The translations under genes were made by a program, and so were the position numbers. A stretch of 58,511 nt of DNA, the filler included, from Circinaria calcarea (taxonomy: Eukaryota), in the NCBI GenBank assembly GCA_051942165.1. It is 4 parts of 4 records of this genome, joined end to end, with 100 filler letters (N's around TTAATTAATTAA, not from the genome) between each part and the next. Parts side by side here need not be neighbours in the genome. Positions count along the whole stretch, not along the records: positions 43,966 to 58,511 come from JAVECS010000420.1; 3 more parts are not named here. The stretch is one strand, 5' to 3'. The notes beneath the pieces are model-generated. The model was not told the origin of the DNA, did no database searches, and saw only the letters and a program-made list of their open reading frames with translations. Positions 52,001-58,511 of the stretch are shown one piece after another (position 1 is the first letter of the stretch; each line of letters opens with the position of its first letter).

Positions 52001-52093
52001 TCGTCTTCTCCGCCATTGTTCTTACAGCCAGTGACTTTTGAGGGGTTTGGACCTGGAAAGCAGAGGTGGAACGGGTGGAAGGGGGTAGAGTGA
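49028..52093 (+). CDS. 1021-aa protein with a NoxR/p67phox-like N-terminal TPR region and a long Pro/Thr/Asn-rich tail
   Basis: Intronless ORF with WYKAIESYCTFDFDASL, KLWFNIGI, IDKDLVVGWYALGIAMF and GVPVGVLFGP. Confidence 0.65.
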   Translation: MLVSDNVVAASSAQVILPTPLLAPPLSPLDVSIRWYKAIESYCTFDFDASLSRHKRILRKLVSSSRANPSSAESASETAAENRVTRAKLWFNIGITFCFVGEYYLATEALRKCTEIDKDLVVGWYALGIAMFQMRKYRSSGQAFVRCMNTMDGLGIDRVEVDCFQMCDEVDHRTDDLSSEDSASFKLNKDKWTLGRLRVAWNARQAFFEKSHKAKKAFLPGKGKWSINGVPVGVLFGPEDVPVHSHEMAEKLADAKMLRLDSGLVAIEGIGVHEVESGLMRTKSLRQMTVDELKTYEVHDMKRTLSTGSDRKTKPLPPLPPPTPLNSTLFDSASHINVPGHRALPANAPVSDAALTNTQFINALHTNALLTSVPVTGNHLLNAPLTNTALTDSGPVKAQFANTAPTSTPPTSTRLTDLEKSEIRKMNLKMLKENMLRRTTAKADAAKADAAKADAPSTTQPGLQPVLRTAANPSPPVSGSVNLPSADYLSNRQALPPHILPFTAGISAYPANRVATLALSENVNLSLETDKDIMIRKAVAAGTAVNQPGRPPPFATDTSHKLPQPNTVNPMYTGNPSNSPAQLPRISPYTTNMGTNQANRAAAPLPLATFVNSTFHGNQPNRSAFTNKSTANPSPLRSSFIPSPPSYATVPLSSNETITPAIQNSRAMTDVVDPPLPPPEDPAWLPGKWQKRTTSTPVVTQSDWQKRRLDGREVITENPENAVELWFIPDIEEIESRDRQMAEMGSFDGFIESYLDTNARYDENAEYDENDTTPRASVLRPRGVLEDEDHEDHKRNQAAALRRLEGLPDLPTTPDTPPKATTFPPRRDSIPLHLRQPQSMQQHRQSPLGFHGLPILLPPGYNPDPNLVVTPGELFFFEQVELMEREKAEREKAQREALAKAAHKSTYEDSVDGADDESVLQYESDPEEDIKYESRHSRFFQGSPPRPTLFTGPSTRAQAQFIPSPPRRAPVPTARQRLEDEADSERAARTASSSPPLFLQPVTFEGFGPGKQRWNGWKGVE

Positions 52094-52399
52094 GAAAGTT
52101 GGGGGAAGGGAGGGTGAAAACGGAGACGGGAACGGGGATGAATTGAGAGAGAGGGGAAGTGCGTGTTAGCTTGTGTTTTTTGTTTTTGTGATGGCGATAT
52201 GATGTTGATGACGATATGAGATTGATGTTTTGACGATGATATGATGATGATGACAGATTGAACCATTTGCCAGGAGAGCCGAGGGGATGAACGTTCGTTG
52301 AAACAGTAACCAAAATATCTCTTGCAAAAATAAACCAAAAATTGGATGAAAAATCCATAAATCGAATGCGTGCTTGTGTTATATATACGAAGTTCAAAG

Positions 52400-53350
52400 C
52401 CTAAGCGAGAGATTTTTTGGTCATGCTATTAAGAAAAGGGGGAAGCCCCCGTGTGGTGATACCTCGGCTTATTATATAGTAACCGGGGGCGTCTTGGGCG
52501 TACTATGGGTAGCAGGCATAATAGATATTAGTGTGGTTATTTTGCAATAATTATAAAAAGCCTAAACGATAATTTGTTATTATATAGAAAGATGGAATAT
52601 ACAACCGGAGGATATACCTTCATATTACACGGCTCTTTTTCAAAGAATTCACACAGCCTTTGTTGAGTGTACCATACCCGGGTATTAATCGAAATCTACG
52701 TTAATATTTATTCTATTGTCCCTGCAACTATACCATAGTATATAGTATATGGTAATAAAAAGAAGAAAAACCCCCTCTTTCACTCGTATTATTTTTTTCT
52801 GTAATAGTTACTTCTCGTATATACTACGTACCATATAGCTATTGTATTACTCGTGCCTCATGTTGTTATATACCCTGTTTAATATTGGGATAATCTTTTT
52901 TCCAAATTTCAAGTAAAAAGGTAACCTACCTCTACGGCCCGTAGGCCTTTACTTACTTACACGAGAATTACAGATTATAAATAATAAATATTCGGGGATT
53001 TCTTTAATTCTTTTTCTCGTGATGAATTTTTAATAACGGGGGTTGAATTGGCCCTCTTTCCTCCCCCCTCCCTTTCCTCCTACTCCGGGGGGGATCCGAG
53101 ATCCGAGATCCGAGGATCCAGGGTGCCTTGCTTCCTATGATCCTATATTATATATTATATATGATTCACCACTCGGCAGGCAACTCTCGAGTATTCCATT
53201 GTTTTTATTGTTGTTTTTTTTTTAAAAAAAAACAAAACTTTCCGGAATCCGGAAATAGCTAAGCCAAGGGGTTAAGAGTAAGAGTAAGAGTAGTAACTTT
53301 TATCTTGCAATTTCAAGCCACTGGGAAACATCTAGGGTACAAGAAAAGAG
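52400..53350. repeat. AT/TpA-rich island, probable RIP-decayed repeat
   Basis: Abrupt AT enrichment between two convergent genes, frequent TA, short tandem motifs (gatccga, taagag) and no ORF. Confidence 0.5.
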
Positions 53351-53762
53351 GAGGGGGAAGAAAAAAATTCTATCTGCATTAACTAACCCCCCCTCCAACC
53401 TGGCAAAAATAATCGATTGGCCTCAAACCCGCACCCGTCAGTCTTTTGACGCTTGGGAGCCCGTGGGCTTTCCTGTCCCTGTCCCTGTCCCTGCCCAGCC
53501 TAACAAGGTGTAAGGGAAAGGAAAGCGAAAGCGAATGTCCCATTATCAAAACAGCCTCTTTCGTGCAAAAACAAAAAGTGTGAGTAAACCTGTGTAGACC
53601 ATTTTCCCATACCATCCCGTTCCACCTGCATTCCATCCCATTTCGCAACTCCTGAATATCCCGACCGTTTCACTTATGAACCACCCTATTGTGCAATAAA
53701 CACCCCCTCCTTCCCCGCCAATTTTCTCCAGGTATCCCAATTGATGTTCATGTTCACTCGAC

Positions 53763-55714
53763 TTAAGCTTCTGCTCCATCAAACTCCAAGTCCATCTCAT
53801 CGTCCACGTCTCCGCTTATCTGGGCCGACTGCATCATCCCCGTCACATGGCTGGCTTCGCCGTCTTCTTCCATGAGATCGTCGCCGAATCGCAAGGCTTC
53901 TCGGAGTTCCTCTTCAAGATACCTACGGAGTTCCTTGACGCCTTCGCCGGAGAAGACGCAAAAGACTGTACGTTGTTCGTCATTAAATTCTACATGAGGG
54001 TTCGGGGGTTAGTGACGTGGACTAGAAAAAAATTGTAAAAGGGAACAATCGTACCAGATGGAGCTTCTCGGCAAAACTGAGTCAAGATAGGATGCATGAA
54101 AAATGTTTGGATACCGGTTAGACTGAGATGGGTAAGTTTTGGACAATTCTCTAGTAATGCTCTAATTCCCTGTTGGTGGGTTAGCACTAGACTCGAATCC
54201 TACTCCAGAAACAAAACGATTTGGAACCACATACCTGCAGAGTAATCCTTGTGCAATAACTAAGGTGCACTCTTTCCAGATTACTTTCAAACTGAGGCCT
54301 CCCTCGTGGGTTGGCCAACGCAAGAATGCTATCATCGGTAATCTGTTGGCACTTGACGAGCCCTATTCTTCGTAACTTTGGCAGGGTAGCCAAAAGCCTA
54401 ACGCTCTTGTTCGTAACATTATGACAACCCGCCAAGTCAATGTATCGGATCCGATTACAAGCCTTGACCAGTTCAATCAAAGCCTCGTCTTTGATTAGGT
54501 GGCATCGACCTAGATGAATGTCGTGAAGATTTTTACCCAGCTTGGTAACCGCCAGGACTGAACGATCTGTAATCTCTGTACATTTGGAGAGCACCAAGAT
54601 CCGGAGGCGAGGTGCACTGTCGATGATTCTCTCGACAGAACTATCATGCAATAGATGACATGCGGTAAGATCAAGAATCCGCAGACTTTCAAATGTTAGA
54701 TGCGTTGGTAGCTGAAGGAAAGCATTATCGGTGATCATGTGGCATTGAGTCAACCGGAGCTCTCGCAGGCCACGTCCGTTCGACAGTAGGGCAATAACCG
54801 CAGTATCCGTTATTTCTTTACAATCCTGGAGATCAATTTCTAGCATCGATGGGCATTGCTGTGCGAAAGCAACAATAGCTTCATCGGTGACTTGATTGCA
54901 CTTGTTCAGTTTGAGCTGCCAATGTGTCAGTATTTGCCTTGTCTTCAAACGACAACCATCTTACCCTCTTTAGATATTTACAATGGTCTGCAAGTGATAC
55001 CAACGATTCATCTGTAACCTTCCTACAATGAGTGATGTTCAGCCCTTGCAATCGGGGGCACTGCTCTGCCAGAGTTTGTATGGTTTCGTCAGTGATTGCC
55101 ACCAGACCGGTAATATCCAAAGCCAATAGATTCTTATTCCCAGTCACCAGATTGATAATCCCTTGGTCCGTCACTTGAGCACAGCTGGTCAGCGTCAATC
55201 GCTCTATGCGTTTGCATTCCTCAAACGCCGTCAGGGTACCGTTGTTGATTTGGTCGCTGAGATTGGACAGATTGAGTCGCCTGACTAGGTCGATGTAGGG
55301 GAAGTAAGCCTGTGGGTCATGAACGGACCTGGCTACCGTCTGGAGATGCTTCTGTGTGTTGCAAAGCGGTCGATGCCATAGGAGATCCACACAGTTCCTC
55401 GCCCATGTTTTGGACACCAACAGACAGCTCAGAAGGTCGTGTGGCGAGCTAAGCTTGGCGAACACGGAGATGAGGAGTTCGGGGGGAAGACGGTCGATTG
55501 GATTCTTGGGGCGTGGACATTCATTGGTGGGTGATATACTTCGGTCCCGATCAATCGACCCGGCGATAGAAGACACCGAATCATTTTTTTGTGATATGAA
55601 GAAGTCCCCATCGTCATCAATCGGTGGTTCCGGCGAACTCGGTGACGATGATGAAGAGCCTGAGCCTGAGACGGTATTCCGGGGTTGAAGACGGGCCCGC
55701 ACGAAGTCAGCCAT
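53763..55714 (-). CDS. GRR1: SCF F-box/LRR protein Grr1 (GrrA)
   Basis: F-box LPPELLISVF, LLWHRP, CKRIERLTL, LRRIGLVKC, LERVHLSYC and QRTVFCVFSG. Exons 55714-54965, 54915-54235, 54169-54055 and 53989-53763. Confidence 0.95.
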
Positions 55715-56504
55715 TCTGAATTCGATCCTTGGGATACGCCTCCTTTTGTACTATGGCGCTTGACTTTTGACTTTGTGGCTGATCAAGCTTTGACTTTGTA
55801 TCGGGTTTTCCGGTATTGAACGTACAAGGCCAACACACTTTCGTTCAAGATGTTGTTTGTGATGATGGCTTTATACCATGGATAGCAAGCTTGTTCCGAT
55901 CGTAGTCCAGAGATTTGGCCTGGAAGCCGCAGCGTGACGACCCTCGAAGATGGCTTTATGCCCGGATCACACCGTCACCGCTCGACCTCACCGTCAAGAG
56001 CCCTCTCGCAAGCGGAATTTGGATGATTTTAGCTTGGACGGAGTTTCATCCACCGAGCGCATCAAGGAAGAGCGTAGAGATGTCTAAGCGCCTGTTTGGA
56101 GTGTTCGGAGATGTCTGGGGCTGCAGGCGGGCAACTGGAAGGTTTGATCTTTTTCTGCGGAGTGATGTGTCTCTCAGTCGACGGTGTCGGATCGATGGTC
56201 CCTCGGTGTGATTGATGGGAGGCGTCGGGAGTCATTCAACGCTCAGGAAAGGAGGGAGAACGAGAGGTGAGGCTATTGAGACTGTTCCCGATCCAGTTTG
56301 CTCTTGCTGCATGTCTCAGATCCGCAAGGCTACGCTTTACTTTTGAACTTACCGAACTGGGCTTGGCGCCCTTCCGACCCGCAAGCACATGGAGAAGCGA
56401 GGCGCGCATTATCAATCACAACACGTGCGTTTCTACACACAGCTAGACTACGGACACGATGTTTCCCCAAAAAGACATTGGTCCCTCGATTATCCTCTGG
56501 AGCT

Positions 56505-58427
56505 CTACTTTACCAATTCTCTCTTTGCTCCCCTCGCCCATTCTCGAAGCACATTCTTCTTCAACTTTCCCGTCGACGTCTTGGGCAATTCATCAACAAT
56601 CTCAACCTCCCGCGGAACCATGAACCGACTGATCTCGCTCTTGTGCTTCGCCCATTCGATCACATCGCTGCCTTGCAATTCCTTACCCGCCTGTACGGTA
56701 ATGAACGCTTTCGGTCGCTCTCCCCAGTGTGAGTCGGCTACTGCGACAACTGCAGCCTCGAGGATATCAGGATGCGTGACAAGCATGGACTCCAAGGCCA
56801 CCGAAGAGATATTCTCCCCGCCTATCAGACGAATTAGACACCATCGTTCCATGGGACCACCGAAGCATAACCTTACCGCTAATAATAATGTCCTTGGCCC
56901 GATCGAGAATCTGGGCCGCTCCATCGCGATGCCACACTGCCAGGTCACCAGTGTGCAAGACTTCTCCCGCAAAGAGCTTCCTCGTCGCCTCGGGATCTTT
57001 GTAGTAACCTTTGGCGCAGATGTTCCCAACACACACAATCTCCCCGATTTCCTTCCCATCCTTGCTGACATTGACGATTGTGCCCTCGGGAACATCCGTC
57101 TTCACGACTCGGATAGGCAGACTCGTGAGAAAGCCATGACCCTGCCTTGCCATCTTCTGGCACTTCTCCGTGTTCGGCATCTGTTCCCACGCAGGCATAT
57201 GATAGCCTTTCGTGATAGGCCCGTAGGTTTCCGTAAGGCCGTAGACATGCACCGGGTGCAAATTCAGATCCGTCATCTGCTCGAACAGACGTGCTGTCGG
57301 AGGACTGGCTGCAACGGTTACGCGGACAGGTTCGGGCAGACGCTCCGCCTGTTTGGCTGCACATAGCAAGGTGCTCACCGTCGGGGCTGCATTGTAGTGC
57401 GTAATACGCTCCTCCTTGAGGAGCCTCCACAGTTCTGGGTACTCTACCCTTCGTAGACAGTAATGCGTCCCTCGAACTGCTGTGACTGCCCAGGGAAAAG
57501 TCCAACCCATTGCGTGAAACATTGGGAGAGTCCAAAGATACCGGCACCTTCCTGTATGGTAATTGAGACCTGATTCGATAATGTTCGCCAATGCCGCTAG
57601 ATAACAACCCCGATGGGTATACTCAACGCCTTTGGGCCTCGCTGTAGTTCCACTTGTATAGGCTAGGGCGATGACAGCTTCCTCATCTCGTGCCTGAGTT
57701 TCTAGACCGTCCCAACCTCGACTTCCATGCTGAAGATCATAACTTAGCCCTTCAAGAACAGCTTCGTCGAATTGACCACCTAATTCGCCCTCCGTTACAT
57801 CTGTGTCGTCATCCACGATAAGTGGTATATTCGCGTGCGATTTCCTATAGCCATCAAGAAGGGAAAGATATTCTGCATCGACAATGATGATGTCGACTTC
57901 AGCATGATCAAAGATATAGGCAATATCATCCGGCTTGAGCCTGTAGTTCACACCTGCAGGACAAAGACTTTTCAGCTGTGGTTGCACTACTTTAAGGAGA
58001 TCTTCATGAGAATATACCAACATTGACAGCTCCAGCTGCAGCAATGCCAAAAATTGACTCTAGGAAAGCCGGAGTATTAGGACATAGTATACCCACCCTT
58101 TTGTACGCGTGATTCTTCAGGTAATACGCCAGTCCTCTCGCTCGGTCAGCCGCCTCCTTATACGAGCGCCGAAGAATTTTGCTATTAGCTGTGACATGAT
58201 AAATGGCCTCTGCCTAGAAGGAAGCAAACACTCCGTCAGTCGCATGATGTAGAAGTCGGCGACAAATTGACATGGCCTACATCTGGCTCAATGGCTGCTG
58301 CACGGGGTAGGAAGAACGTGGGAGAGAGTGTATGATAGTTATGTGCACGGCTATGGGATGGCTCCGAAGACGAGGAAGGCAGCAAATGAGCTGCAAGCTT
58401 CGAAAGTCGCGAAGTTGGCCCAGACAT
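56505..58427 (-). CDS. AMP-binding acyl-CoA synthetase (acyl-activating enzyme), PTS2-targeted
   Basis: YTSGTTARPKGV, YGLTE, HTGDLA, DRAKDIIISGGENISS and LPKTSTGK. Three introns. N-terminal RLSKLAAHL. Confidence 0.93.
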
Positions 58428-58511
58428 AACGTTGGAGACTTTGAAGCACTTCCAGCTAGGTTAAGAATACAGGAAAGCTCAGGTATACATCTACACCGGC
58501 TGTCGCAGTGA

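Overview
Eukaryotic, intron-rich genomic DNA from a filamentous ascomycete (Pezizomycotina). It shows short GT-AG introns with CTRAC branch sites and AT/TpA-rich patches consistent with RIP-decayed repeats. The window is not one locus: it is four contigs of near-identical, descending length (14568, 14549, 14548, 14546 nt) joined by artificial 100-nt N44-TTAATTAATTAA-N44 linkers, so synteny across the junctions is meaningless. Contig 1 holds a repeat-built orphan gene, malic enzyme, a HAM1/DUF4449-like protein, Con-6 and a secreted Ser/Thr-rich protein. Contig 2 holds alanine-glyoxylate aminotransferase (partial), an F-box-like orphan, a damaged O-methyltransferase and an S53 tripeptidyl peptidase. 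Contig 3 holds CCT3, a Det1-like phosphatase, PRKRIP1, a UBE2O-like E2, COG8 and a protist-type GH25 lysozyme. Contig 4 holds Stm1, a 1021-aa divergent NoxR/p67phox-like TPR protein, Grr1 and a PTS2-bearing acyl-CoA synthetase. The most notable items are the NoxR-like paralog, the gene grown by tandem exon+intron duplication, the GH25 Lys1-type lysozyme and the doubly lesioned O-methyltransferase. All assignments come from reading the sequence and recalled motifs; no searches were run.
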